This document shows positions 8,256-18,327 of a stretch of 64,000 bases of DNA, in pieces; the stretch's first letter is position 1, and the number at the start of each line of letters is the position of its first letter. Where the stretch lies: the IMG/VR virus record IMGVR_UViG_3300020205_005279, positions 25,051 to 89,050 of that record; one strand, 5' to 3'. A model generated the notes under the pieces. The model saw only the letters and a program-made list of their open reading frames with translations. It was not told where the DNA came from and made no database searches. A program made the translations under genes and the position numbers. This stretch comes from a virus.

Positions 8256-10624
8256 ACTGCCAAGGTAAATAGAGGAACAGCGTAAATATTAGCAGTTGCT
8301 CCGTTTCTTATTACAGGTATTGTTGTAACTGCAGGGGCGGTTGGCCGATGAAAATAGAAAGCGCCATCGCGACCATTTGTGTGAATACGCTGCGCTAATT
8401 CGGAAATTGTGGTATTATATGAATACCAACTAGTTATTGTTGGGTTTGTTTCTGTCATAGTCCCTTCGGCGCTAAGCGCTCCGAAACTTTGCCCTGTAAA
8501 ACTTACTCCACTACCACTTATTGTAGGATTGGCAATAGCATCTGCTCCTACACTATCGATAATTTGCTGAAAAAATGGCTTATCTGTAGTAGAGAAAGCC
8601 CGACGATATTCCGAGCCCACTTTAATAAACAGTCCTGGAACCCTAATTTGAAAGTTAGGATCTGAGATAATTAAGTTTAAGGTTCCGGTGCTAGAAACAG
8701 TAGAGTTTGTTGCGATAGAAAAAGACGAGGCATTAATCCTGGTTGCTGTATAATTCCCTTCAAAAAAAGCAGAACCTGTTGCTGCTACCACGCCCGACAC
8801 TTGCACTGTGTCCCCAGTTTGTACAGGATGGTCACTAAGCACTATGGTGACAACACCGGCGGTTGTAGAAGACCACTGGGCCAAAGGCCCTAAAACAAAC
8901 TCTGACACAGATGTTTTAAGCCTATTTCCTGTAATCGATTCGGCGCCAAGAGTTGTATCAGCGGGGTTGAGAATGTAGTCTTGGTCTCTAAGAACGACTC
9001 TTTGCCAAATTACAACACTCTTGCCGACAAAGGAGTTGTAGGTATAGCCCAATATGTTCTCGTTTGATGTGGCAGGAGTGGGTCGCTTTGTGTTTTGAAT
9101 AGCTAGCCTAGACCGGAGTTTTAACTCAGCGGCAGTATTGCTAATACTATTAATTGCCCCGGAAATTGAACCTTCCATTGAAAAAACAAAACTGGAATAA
9201 CTACGTAAATATATAGGAGACTGAGCAAATTTAAACTGTAAAATATTATTGACATTAACCCCATCAAACCTCTTTATTTGTATTTCTTGCCCGGGTAAGA
9301 GACCATCCGCGCTTGTGTTTTGATCAAAAAACAAATATTTCTGATTCTCTTCGTCAAATAGGAAAAACCCTTCGTTAGTAGCATTTTTAACAGTATAAGC
9401 AAAAACTTTTGTCCTTATAATTTCTGGCATTCCTTCAAAAAACTTTCCTCTTTGCTTTCTAATTTGAATTACTTGTCCAGAATTGCTATCATTAACGCTA
9501 CTTTCGATAATTTCTAAATCTTCTGGAATTACGTAATTGACCCCTTGGTCTGTAATTTCAATGGACTTAACAGAGTACCTAGAACCGGAGCCAATAGTAA
9601 AGCGAGTTAATTCGTCAACAGGGCAAACTACACAATTTTGAGAAGTATTTGCAGATCCAACCGGAAGAAGTACGCTAAAGGTGCTGGAGTTAATACGAGT
9701 AACAGAACTTACAAACCCGCTTTGAAGCGTCCCCGACACAACACGGATATAAACGCTCGTTCCTGTGCTAAGTCCGTGGTTAGCAAGAGTTATTGTAGAA
9801 CTCGCTGTGCTACCAAGTTGGGTTCCGAATGAAGTATTAGTGTATGTTGCTGGTGTTCCAGGAAGATACTCAAACCCCATTTTACTAAAAGTTACGTTAG
9901 CTCTTGCAGATGAAGTGCCACTAGTTTTCCCCCTGAGTTGGATGTTAGAAAGCCGAACATCTGAACTAGAGATAGAAAGAGTTCCGGATCCTGTAATACT
10001 TCCGGCAATATTACTAACTGTAAATGTATTTGTTGTTGTTGAGAGAACCGCATATTCACCAGAGGTAGCGTTACTACCACCACCTGAATTACCAAATCTT
10101 AGGTTAAGTCCTTGGTCTACTTCAAATCCATGGGAGTTTGCCGTTATGGTTATGATAGCACTTGCGCTAGCAGACCATGTTCCCATTGAAAATTCTAAGT
10201 CGGCAACTTCGTTTGGGGCATTAAGAAAATAAAATCCCCCGCCACCCGAAATTAACTGAATGGAGGGAACAGAACCCGACTCAGAATAGCGGGGAGCATT
10301 AGCCGCGCTATCTCCACCAACTCCCGCAAGATACTTGGTAAAATAAACCTGATTTTCGTCTGTGAAGGTGAAGTATCTGGTACTAAATTTAGTTCTTTTT
10401 AAGACCTCACCAGAGATGGTTTTAAGACTCTCTGTTGTAAGCCCAGAGATTTGTGTGTCTTTGTTGTCAATAAGACCAGAAAAGCATATAGACTCCACCG
10501 ATGATGACAAGGAACACAACTCAATGTCGTTTTCAATGCCAGGAGCGTATAACTTCTGCAACGCTGTTTTAAGATTGAGATTAGACTCGGATAGATTTTT
10601 TGATCTAGTTAAACCGATTGCCAT
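8252..10624 (-). CDS. Virion structural protein with repeated T..HG/HP..G beta domains (790 aa)
   Basis: Three repeats: ANSHGFEVDQ, LANHGLSTGT, LSDHPVQTGD, each followed by a ..TF.V/SFSI strand. Confidence 0.6.
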   Translation of the reverse strand: MAIGLTRSKNLSESNLNLKTALQKLYAPGIENDIELCSLSSSVESICFSGLIDNKDTQISGLTTESLKTISGEVLKRTKFSTRYFTFTDENQVYFTKYLAGVGGDSAANAPRYSESGSVPSIQLISGGGGFYFLNAPNEVADLEFSMGTWSASASAIITITANSHGFEVDQGLNLRFGNSGGGSNATSGEYAVLSTTTNTFTVSNIAGSITGSGTLSISSSDVRLSNIQLRGKTSGTSSARANVTFSKMGFEYLPGTPATYTNTSFGTQLGSTASSTITLANHGLSTGTSVYIRVVSGTLQSGFVSSVTRINSSTFSVLLPVGSANTSQNCVVCPVDELTRFTIGSGSRYSVKSIEITDQGVNYVIPEDLEIIESSVNDSNSGQVIQIRKQRGKFFEGMPEIIRTKVFAYTVKNATNEGFFLFDEENQKYLFFDQNTSADGLLPGQEIQIKRFDGVNVNNILQFKFAQSPIYLRSYSSFVFSMEGSISGAINSISNTAAELKLRSRLAIQNTKRPTPATSNENILGYTYNSFVGKSVVIWQRVVLRDQDYILNPADTTLGAESITGNRLKTSVSEFVLGPLAQWSSTTAGVVTIVLSDHPVQTGDTVQVSGVVAATGSAFFEGNYTATRINASSFSIATNSTVSSTGTLNLIISDPNFQIRVPGLFIKVGSEYRRAFSTTDKPFFQQIIDSVGADAIANPTISGSGVSFTGQSFGALSAEGTMTETNPTITSWYSYNTTISELAQRIHTNGRDGAFYFHRPTAPAVTTIPVIRNGATANIYAVPLFTLAV

Positions 10625-10645
10625 GTTCTAAGCGCTCCTGAATTG

Positions 10646-13600
10646 TTAAAAGAGTTGAATTGAAATACTTGAGTAAGTGTTCCCAGTCCCGAGCTGGTTA
10701 AACTTAGTTTCTAGTGGATCGGGAATTGTCACGGTCTCACCGGCTGCATTTACAGACGTAGAGGCCTGATCAAAAATTTCTGCTTTTGTCCAGTTTTGAT
10801 ACTCCTTATTAGCAGAGTCGTATTTAGTAGACAAAAGACCAACAATAAAGTTTGGCGCAATATTTCGTGCCCGGAAATAAACTGCGATATCATGAACATC
10901 ATTAATAATGTTTTTGACAGATTGTTTTGAAAGAGCGTTGCCTTCTAGGCTAAATCTTCTAAGTGGTGGAGTTAAATTAGCTCCTGTTGCAACGCCCGTA
11001 ATGTTTTTGAGGGTCCCAGATTGATAGGTTGTGAGCAGATTATTGTTTAGGTAAACAAATCTTAATGCGCGACAATTAATAAACAAGGGTATAGTACCTG
11101 TTGCCCTGGAACTTTGCAAATAAACTTGGTCGAGGACCGCATGGTTATTAAAGAACGAGGCGATGTTTTGACCCGCTCGCCGGAACTTTAGTGCCCCAGC
11201 GCTAACCGACACCGGGGCATTAACATAGATAAATTGGTTGCCTCGATCAATTTGTGTTACATGGGCAATTTCTGTAGACCCAGCAAATACAAGATCTCCG
11301 ACCATTACCTGAGAGTTAATTTGAAAACCTCCAGGATTGCTTTGGTAAAGTTTTTCCGAACTCTCACTCGAGGTGTTATTATTGTTTCTCGATGTCCAAG
11401 TTATTGCAGGAGTTGTTTCTTCAACAGATCCATTAACAAGCGGGGCAATAAGTCTTCCTCTGTCTGCTATCGAGACCCAGTTCGTGGGGTATCTTGAGGA
11501 AAGAGTTCCATCAAGGTTGACATAACTAAGAACCACATTATTGGACAACGTAGTAAAATTAGGTAACAACGATCCACCCACACCAGTGCCATTAGAAGGG
11601 CCATAAATCAACCCTACCCGACTCGTGTTTATAGATCCCAGTGCAGAAAGATCTCTAAATCTGCAGTTATGGAACCAAGTATTGAAATTAACTCCGGCAG
11701 TGTTGTTAGTACTGTAAATTGTGGGAAATTTACCTGTGAAGTAAGAATCGCCTACGTAAAAAGTAGAGATTCTTGGAAGGTTTTTTAAATCATCTTGTCT
11801 GAATTCTAGATCTCGCGTTGAACTATTAAAAAGGTAGTGTAGGTATAAAGCTTGCAGATTGCTGTATGAGGTGGCGGTGGCTTCGGCAACAAAGTTTGTA
11901 GGTAGGATATATTGCCTTCCTTCAGAGGTAAGATATCCTTCCCAGTTATTAGCACCAAAGTTAGCGATGGATAGACTTGGAGCTCCGGCAATAGAAAAAG
12001 GTTTTCCGTACCATCCTGAATACCAGGCATCAATCCTTGTCAGTTGTGAAGCTTGTAAAACATCAGTAGAAGTTTCAGTACCCGCTCCAACTGACATATT
12101 ATATCCAACTTTATTAAAAGTTTGAGCAACTCCACAATAAGTACAATTTACACTACCGAGTTTATTCCAGGTTAGGTTGTTACCAGAAGCGATTCTGAAG
12201 GCAATGTCGCGGTAATAGATGCCAAGGTATTGCGTTTCAGCCAACATTCCGCTCCAGGCCTCAGCAGCAGTTCCTGTAGTAACAAAACTGTATTTAGGCA
12301 AACCATCTATCTGTGTTGATGGCAAACTAACTCCCACCTCAGCATCGGTGGTGCAAATGCCACCCCACCAACCACCACTGCTGTCACCGTTATTGATATC
12401 AAACCCAGAAAATTTAAATTGCCCAATGAATTGCCGTTTATTACCAGCACTGAGTGCTGTGGACCAAGTTGTAGTATTTCCTAGGTACCTGATCGATCCA
12501 CTAACATTTCCAAGATGACCTCCTAAACTAAGTGACATTACTGCACTGCTATTTCTTAGTTTAGGAATCAAACCAAAAAGCACTCCTGGACTACTACCTG
12601 AGCGGCTAGAAATAAGCGTTTTAAGATTGGGGAATATGCTGGAAAAGTCCGGATTGGCAAGTCTAATTGTAGATCCTAAGTTTAACTCCTCTAATAGGGT
12701 AAAAGGCCTAAAGCCGTTGGCTACGTCAATTGTTGGAAGAGTGCCTCCGTTAATTGAGATGTTTCTCTGGTTTTTATACAACGCCCCGGCAGAATCCTGG
12801 ACGGTATTGAGTGTTCCGTCGTAAGCAGTAATAGGTCCCGAGCCAGTCCAGCCGCTATACCCAAGCACCTGGGTAAGTGTGATTAGAGGTCTACCACCAC
12901 CCGTACTGGCCCCAGTAACCCCCGCTGGTGGCTCTTGCCAATCAAAAAAGGAAACAATGCCATTGGCCCAAAACAAATTATTTGCAATATTAAGTTTTTT
13001 AAGAGTGCCGTGAAGGGTTTTTAGCCATACAGGAATGGTAGATAGACCATTACTGGATATATCAAGTTCCTCAAGCTGGTTAAATCCAACCAACCCAATA
13101 TCCTTACCGGCTTGTTCTGTGAGCCCAAGACCGGACAATTGTGCCGAGGTAACTGCACCTGGATCGAGATAGATGTAAAGCAGACTATCAACGCCATTGC
13201 AAATTGTCCCCGTAGTACTAATACTAATATTTACTGTATTAATAGCCCCAGCAGAATTTATTGTTTCGGTTCTAGCAGTTTGTAAGTCCGAAAATCTTTT
13301 CAGTTCCCAACCATATACAAACGCAGAAGAACTTGCAGTAGCATTTTTACGTGAGAAAGAAAGACTTGCCCCATTATAAATTCTTACCGGGAGGATAAGT
13401 GGAGAGTTTTTAGTAGTATAGCATTCCAAATTTACCACTGAGGGTGTGGAGTTGGCCGATGTACGCATGTATGTTGGAATCTTTAGAGTCTCGGTTGGTG
13501 ACTCTATAATCGAACCCCTCTCTACGAGAAGTTTAGGAGCCAACCGCAACTCATAGACGTGTGAGCGGCGCCTAATTCTAAAAAGACCGGGGTACGATGC

Positions 13601-14092
13601 AGAGCTATACTCCCCAGCTAGATTCTTTTCAGAGTTAAAAAGGCTCTCTCTTGATGTAGGAACTGTAGTAGTTCTTACTGTGCCATTTTCATCAAGAAAA
13701 TTATATTCAATTTTTTTGGCTGCCAAACCACCATGGAATACCACAATATTGTCGGAAAAATCCGCAGTTGTAAACGAGTGTTTACCCGGTTCGCCTATTG
13801 CCTTATCCGTGGTAATTTGACTAAAGAGGTAGTTACTTACACTGTCTAATGTCCATTCCGAAATTGCTAAAGAGTGAATAACAGACTTATTAAGCCCTCC
13901 CATAGTCCTTATGTCCTCTTTAGCCAAACCACCACTTTTTAAACCATAAATCTGGTCTAAACCATCGGGGTTGAGGAGTAGGTTTGTTAAGGCTAAACGT
14001 TCGTCAGAATCGTAAATTTCACTAAGATCAAACCTATCAACAAGGCCAACATCTGGTCTGTTTTGCTGAAGGAGTTTAAAAGATTCTGCCAT
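10646..14092 (-). CDS. Leucine-rich-repeat virion protein (1148 aa)
   Basis: LEELDISSNGLSTIP, LKKLNIANN, LRFVYLNNNLLT, LRRFSLEGNALS. Confidence 0.75.
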   Translation of the reverse strand: MAESFKLLQQNRPDVGLVDRFDLSEIYDSDERLALTNLLLNPDGLDQIYGLKSGGLAKEDIRTMGGLNKSVIHSLAISEWTLDSVSNYLFSQITTDKAIGEPGKHSFTTADFSDNIVVFHGGLAAKKIEYNFLDENGTVRTTTVPTSRESLFNSEKNLAGEYSSASYPGLFRIRRRSHVYELRLAPKLLVERGSIIESPTETLKIPTYMRTSANSTPSVVNLECYTTKNSPLILPVRIYNGASLSFSRKNATASSSAFVYGWELKRFSDLQTARTETINSAGAINTVNISISTTGTICNGVDSLLYIYLDPGAVTSAQLSGLGLTEQAGKDIGLVGFNQLEELDISSNGLSTIPVWLKTLHGTLKKLNIANNLFWANGIVSFFDWQEPPAGVTGASTGGGRPLITLTQVLGYSGWTGSGPITAYDGTLNTVQDSAGALYKNQRNISINGGTLPTIDVANGFRPFTLLEELNLGSTIRLANPDFSSIFPNLKTLISSRSGSSPGVLFGLIPKLRNSSAVMSLSLGGHLGNVSGSIRYLGNTTTWSTALSAGNKRQFIGQFKFSGFDINNGDSSGGWWGGICTTDAEVGVSLPSTQIDGLPKYSFVTTGTAAEAWSGMLAETQYLGIYYRDIAFRIASGNNLTWNKLGSVNCTYCGVAQTFNKVGYNMSVGAGTETSTDVLQASQLTRIDAWYSGWYGKPFSIAGAPSLSIANFGANNWEGYLTSEGRQYILPTNFVAEATATSYSNLQALYLHYLFNSSTRDLEFRQDDLKNLPRISTFYVGDSYFTGKFPTIYSTNNTAGVNFNTWFHNCRFRDLSALGSINTSRVGLIYGPSNGTGVGGSLLPNFTTLSNNVVLSYVNLDGTLSSRYPTNWVSIADRGRLIAPLVNGSVEETTPAITWTSRNNNNTSSESSEKLYQSNPGGFQINSQVMVGDLVFAGSTEIAHVTQIDRGNQFIYVNAPVSVSAGALKFRRAGQNIASFFNNHAVLDQVYLQSSRATGTIPLFINCRALRFVYLNNNLLTTYQSGTLKNITGVATGANLTPPLRRFSLEGNALSKQSVKNIINDVHDIAVYFRARNIAPNFIVGLLSTKYDSANKEYQNWTKAEIFDQASTSVNAAGETVTIPDPLETKFNQLGTGNTYSSISIQLF

Positions 14093-17000
14093 TACTGTTC
14101 CTTGTAGTTAAGCGTTACGAACATTGTTCCATTTACCCCTGTAGAAAGATTTCTAGCGATCATAAAGAGCGCTTTATTGCTCCAAAAACTAGGGCCTATA
14201 GACTCAGTGTTAATGTTAAATATATCCGAGAGGTCTATTTCGGTAGGTTTGTTTGCCGAGATAAAGAAAGACGCTATTGGGTCCCCAGAGTCTTTAAACT
14301 CCAACCAGCGAATGGGATAGTCACCCGTCCCAGAAAATCCCGCTCCTGAAAGAAGCGTATTGCTAACAAAACTCGGGCATTTTTTTGTGCGATCAACAGC
14401 ATTTGAGCCGCTTACATCGTAGTAAGAATACTCCGCTGATGTAAGAGTTTCGGGATGGTTATAAGCCACCATGGCTTTTTTTGCCGAAGTAAGTTCATCA
14501 GATGCTCCTCCGTCGTGAAGGTCTCCGTTGCCCCCTATATTATTTACGCTAAGTGTGCATCCGTGTGGAGTAAATGGCGACTGAATTATTCCATTCGGTG
14601 TTACTTGGCCAACTGACATACCGCCAATTTTTGCGCCCTCTCTCATGCGTATAAAAAATCTAATCGGAAAAAGATTTTGGCCTACAATTTTTTGAGAAAT
14701 AAGACGGGCATCTGGACGAAGTAAGTCTGGGGTGTAGAGAGCAATAGCCCTGTATTTTGCAATGACCTCGGTATCGTTGCTAAACGCCGATCCGCTTACC
14801 ACCACCACGGGAAGGAGGAATAGACTAACACTTGTGCCGGCGGGAGTGTAAACTTGCTGAGCAGCTCCAGTCGTAGTTCTAACTGTAATGCCCGCTCCAT
14901 CAGAATCCCTCTCTACAAACACTGAGTTAGACGCCGACCACAAATCTTGAGGCCACGACGAGGTTCTAGAGAGATAGTAAGTTCCTCCGCCGGGCACACC
15001 GTCGATTCCAACGTTGGTAAACGTGGATACTTCTTTAACCTCTCCAGCTTTGCCGTAGATCGCATGGCAACTACCACCTTCTGTCCCAGGAACGCCAGGA
15101 AGTTGGCCATCAATTAACCCAAATGACTGCCATAGTCCCTCCCCAACCTCCAACCCACCATCACCCACATCGAGCCACGCTGCTTGATTAACTGTAAGTA
15201 CATTGTTTTTAATTTCCTCAGAATCAAAGTTAACTGGAAGACCTTCATAGTATCTGTAATCGGCGCTATTAGGAACGGTTTTATCAACAACGTAGTAGTT
15301 GCCGGCGTCCTCAAGAACCCGAACATCAAAACTATTGTCAGCAAGACCAGTCTGATCGCTAGGGTTTTTAGGATTAATAATTCCGAACCCAGGACCCACT
15401 CGCGCTCTAGAAACTACGGAGTTGGGATACGTATAAGTGCCTGGATTTTCCTGAGGCCAAATAATGCCAATTTGCATTTCGCCAAAATGGTTGCCATCAC
15501 AACCAAAGTCTGCATCACTCTCACCACAAGTTAGTGTATATGAGTCTGCTGATTGCGGAGTAATTCGAGTAAAGAGAAGATAAAATTCATCAGTAGTTAT
15601 ATCTACTGTTGAGAGAAGCGTTGTATCTTTACGGTATCTAGATAGTTTTAAAGACACATTTTCCTTAAACCTAAACAGCAACTCAGCATCGGACCAAGGC
15701 CGGGCCTTAGTCTGGCCAATATACGACCCGGCTGTAAAATCGCGTTGAAGCACAGTTTCCGGACCACTGATACCCGAAGGAGACGTTGAGTACTCTTGAC
15801 TTGGGTTGACGTAAGACGCGTAAACTTTTTCGCCAATTAAATGAGCGCCTAGTAACGACTTTTCGTAAGCATCCCAGCCAATAAACGTTCCGCCACTTTG
15901 AAGGTTGGCCGAAGCACTCACAAATGCCGCATCGGGCCCAACGTACGTCAAAGTCGGTACGGGGGATTCTTTGCTTCTTCCTAAGTCTGTGAGAATAGCC
16001 TCATCTTTTTGCAACCTATTAATACTAAAAATACCACGAAGTCTTTGCTCTTCCGGCAAAATGCAAATATATCCTTCTTGGAATGTAAACGCATTTTCCC
16101 GGCAGCCAAATTGGTTGATAAATTTTACCTCAGTATCGGTAGTTGTGGTAATTGACGCAGAGATGGGAAACACTTCCTTCTTGTTAAAGAAAGAATTTCC
16201 TTCGGTATTTACGACGTACTGCTTGGGTTTAAGACCGAGAACACTCGCCCAATCATATATTGGCACCTCAACGGTGTCAGACGAAATTGCAGATATTACA
16301 CGGTTGGTAGCTTTGCCACTAGAGAGGGATACGGTACCTTCGTCGCCTCCATCAATGTAATAGGACGCGCCATATTTTTCAATGAACTGAGGAAGACGAA
16401 TGCGACTTGGGCTATCAACGTACGCTCTATACTTGAAGAAGAAGAAGGGGTCTTCAAGGCACGGTTGCCCGAGTTGGTTTTCAATAACCAAAGTGTGAAC
16501 TGTTACCCACCTGGAGCTTCCGTTGCCAGTAGGAATATACATGTAGAACCGGGCTCCGATGGCGCCATACCACCCAAACTCAATTTTGTACATTGTTACG
16601 GTATCGGGATTGAAGATATAACCACTATCACCTTGGCCATTAAGGCCGTCGCCATTCATTTTGTTTTGTTGAATGGCTGTTTCATAAACTTTTGTTACTT
16701 GGTTTTTTCTAACTTGCTGCTCTAGGATAAGAACTTCTGAGTCAGTGAGCAATTCTTTATAACTGACAACTCCGGTAAGTTGGGAGATGTACGCTTCTCG
16801 TTCGTTGTATTTGGCCTCAACAAACAGATCAGTCTGTCCTAGAGGGATGGTGGATCTTCTTACGACAGAAAAGTCAGTTCCGTCTTGGAGTCTGAAAAAA
16901 TAACCATCAGTAAAATTTTCTACTCCCCACTCTAAAAGCGAACCGGGGCCGGCACCTTCCTCGGAAATTCTAACACCGTATGTAAATCCACTAATTCTGC

Positions 17001-18321
17001 CAGGTTGATAGCGAAATGCTCTGATGGATGTCAGAGTGATAACGGCGTAGCCGGACTCACTACCTCCTATCAAATTGCCCTCAGCAAGGTTTTCTGAAAT
17101 TTGTGGAATTGTTACATCTGAAAAGCTCTGTGGCCAACTCTGACCAAAGATTAGCGAGGTTGATGGGGTTGTAGAAGTAATAAGGAAGTAGGGAAGTTTA
17201 TAATCTTTTACGTACTGTGGAACTTCGTCTTCTGATTCATATACCTGAAACTCCCAGTTTTTAAAATCATTAGGCAAAGACCCGTAATCTATGCCCCAGT
17301 ACTCCAACCACAGTTCTGGGTTGTTGTTTGTTGCTAAACGATAATGCCCCTGGTCTGGTTCTCTCCACGTGTACCTTGTAGAGGCAAAGAAAAATTTATT
17401 AAAATTAACAGAAACATTAGCTTCTTCTGCGGGCAAATCAGCCCCAAAAAGATCCACGAGATTTATCGTTTCTTCTGAGGTGTCTGGGGCAAAATTGACA
17501 AGAGTGCCTTGAGGAGTTATAGGTATGTTCTGCTCCGATTCAAATCTACCTTGACTAATATCAAGCCAAATTTGATCCCAGTAAAGCCGATTGAATTTAC
17601 CATCGGGGGTTTTAGGATATTTTCTTTCAAGAAAATTAAGGTTAAAGGCGTTCTTTTGAGCCGGTGTAAAATTATTAACCATGTACTCAATAACGTACAT
17701 AGCGATAAGGGACTGAATGTATCTACCCCAACCTGGTCCTGGATTGCCCGATATTCCCATAATTTTGTTAGAGACAGGAGGGTTGCCTGGATCAGAGTAG
17801 GGAACAGGGTAAGAATCCATTACAACTGATGATCCGATGGAATAATCGCGATCTCTAACCGCGATATGAGGACCGGCTGGTGAGTTTTTGCTATCCCACA
17901 ACACGCTACTTTTAAAATAATCTTGCCACGCTGCATAAACGACCCAGTCTTTGCGATCAAGTCCATAGGAACTTACGTCGTCAAAAATGCCTTGCTGGGT
18001 TTCGGCTCTATCAATTCCTAGAAGAGAGCGACTCACTTCGCTTTCTATGGCGAACTGCTCTACAATAGGCAGGGCGGCGGGCCGGCCCTTACTGTATATA
18101 TTTTGAGTAGATAGTCCGTTCTTCTTATATGACTTGGGGTCTATAACTATCGCCACACTCTCCTTAGAAAGGAAATCAGGCGGATAATAAACATCTTTGT
18201 TTGAAATTAGTGTATTTCCTTCATCGGAGAAAAGCGCACTTCCCCGATAGCTGATCATCTGTAATTCTTTTTTGTAAGTCCTAGCGCCGGTCTTTTGAGC
18301 TTTAATTCGGTATTGGGCCAT
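14092..18321 (-). CDS. Large virion structural protein (1409 aa), paralog of 18328-21417
   Basis: FRYQPGR, VTMYKIEFGWYGA, KYGASYYIDGGD, C-terminal YKEQ. Confidence 0.65.
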   Translation of the reverse strand: MAQYRIKAQKTGARTYKKELQMISYRGSALFSDEGNTLISNKDVYYPPDFLSKESVAIVIDPKSYKKNGLSTQNIYSKGRPAALPIVEQFAIESEVSRSLLGIDRAETQQGIFDDVSSYGLDRKDWVVYAAWQDYFKSSVLWDSKNSPAGPHIAVRDRDYSIGSSVVMDSYPVPYSDPGNPPVSNKIMGISGNPGPGWGRYIQSLIAMYVIEYMVNNFTPAQKNAFNLNFLERKYPKTPDGKFNRLYWDQIWLDISQGRFESEQNIPITPQGTLVNFAPDTSEETINLVDLFGADLPAEEANVSVNFNKFFFASTRYTWREPDQGHYRLATNNNPELWLEYWGIDYGSLPNDFKNWEFQVYESEDEVPQYVKDYKLPYFLITSTTPSTSLIFGQSWPQSFSDVTIPQISENLAEGNLIGGSESGYAVITLTSIRAFRYQPGRISGFTYGVRISEEGAGPGSLLEWGVENFTDGYFFRLQDGTDFSVVRRSTIPLGQTDLFVEAKYNEREAYISQLTGVVSYKELLTDSEVLILEQQVRKNQVTKVYETAIQQNKMNGDGLNGQGDSGYIFNPDTVTMYKIEFGWYGAIGARFYMYIPTGNGSSRWVTVHTLVIENQLGQPCLEDPFFFFKYRAYVDSPSRIRLPQFIEKYGASYYIDGGDEGTVSLSSGKATNRVISAISSDTVEVPIYDWASVLGLKPKQYVVNTEGNSFFNKKEVFPISASITTTTDTEVKFINQFGCRENAFTFQEGYICILPEEQRLRGIFSINRLQKDEAILTDLGRSKESPVPTLTYVGPDAAFVSASANLQSGGTFIGWDAYEKSLLGAHLIGEKVYASYVNPSQEYSTSPSGISGPETVLQRDFTAGSYIGQTKARPWSDAELLFRFKENVSLKLSRYRKDTTLLSTVDITTDEFYLLFTRITPQSADSYTLTCGESDADFGCDGNHFGEMQIGIIWPQENPGTYTYPNSVVSRARVGPGFGIINPKNPSDQTGLADNSFDVRVLEDAGNYYVVDKTVPNSADYRYYEGLPVNFDSEEIKNNVLTVNQAAWLDVGDGGLEVGEGLWQSFGLIDGQLPGVPGTEGGSCHAIYGKAGEVKEVSTFTNVGIDGVPGGGTYYLSRTSSWPQDLWSASNSVFVERDSDGAGITVRTTTGAAQQVYTPAGTSVSLFLLPVVVVSGSAFSNDTEVIAKYRAIALYTPDLLRPDARLISQKIVGQNLFPIRFFIRMREGAKIGGMSVGQVTPNGIIQSPFTPHGCTLSVNNIGGNGDLHDGGASDELTSAKKAMVAYNHPETLTSAEYSYYDVSGSNAVDRTKKCPSFVSNTLLSGAGFSGTGDYPIRWLEFKDSGDPIASFFISANKPTEIDLSDIFNINTESIGPSFWSNKALFMIARNLSTGVNGTMFVTLNYKEQ

Positions 18322-18327
18322 GAGTTA

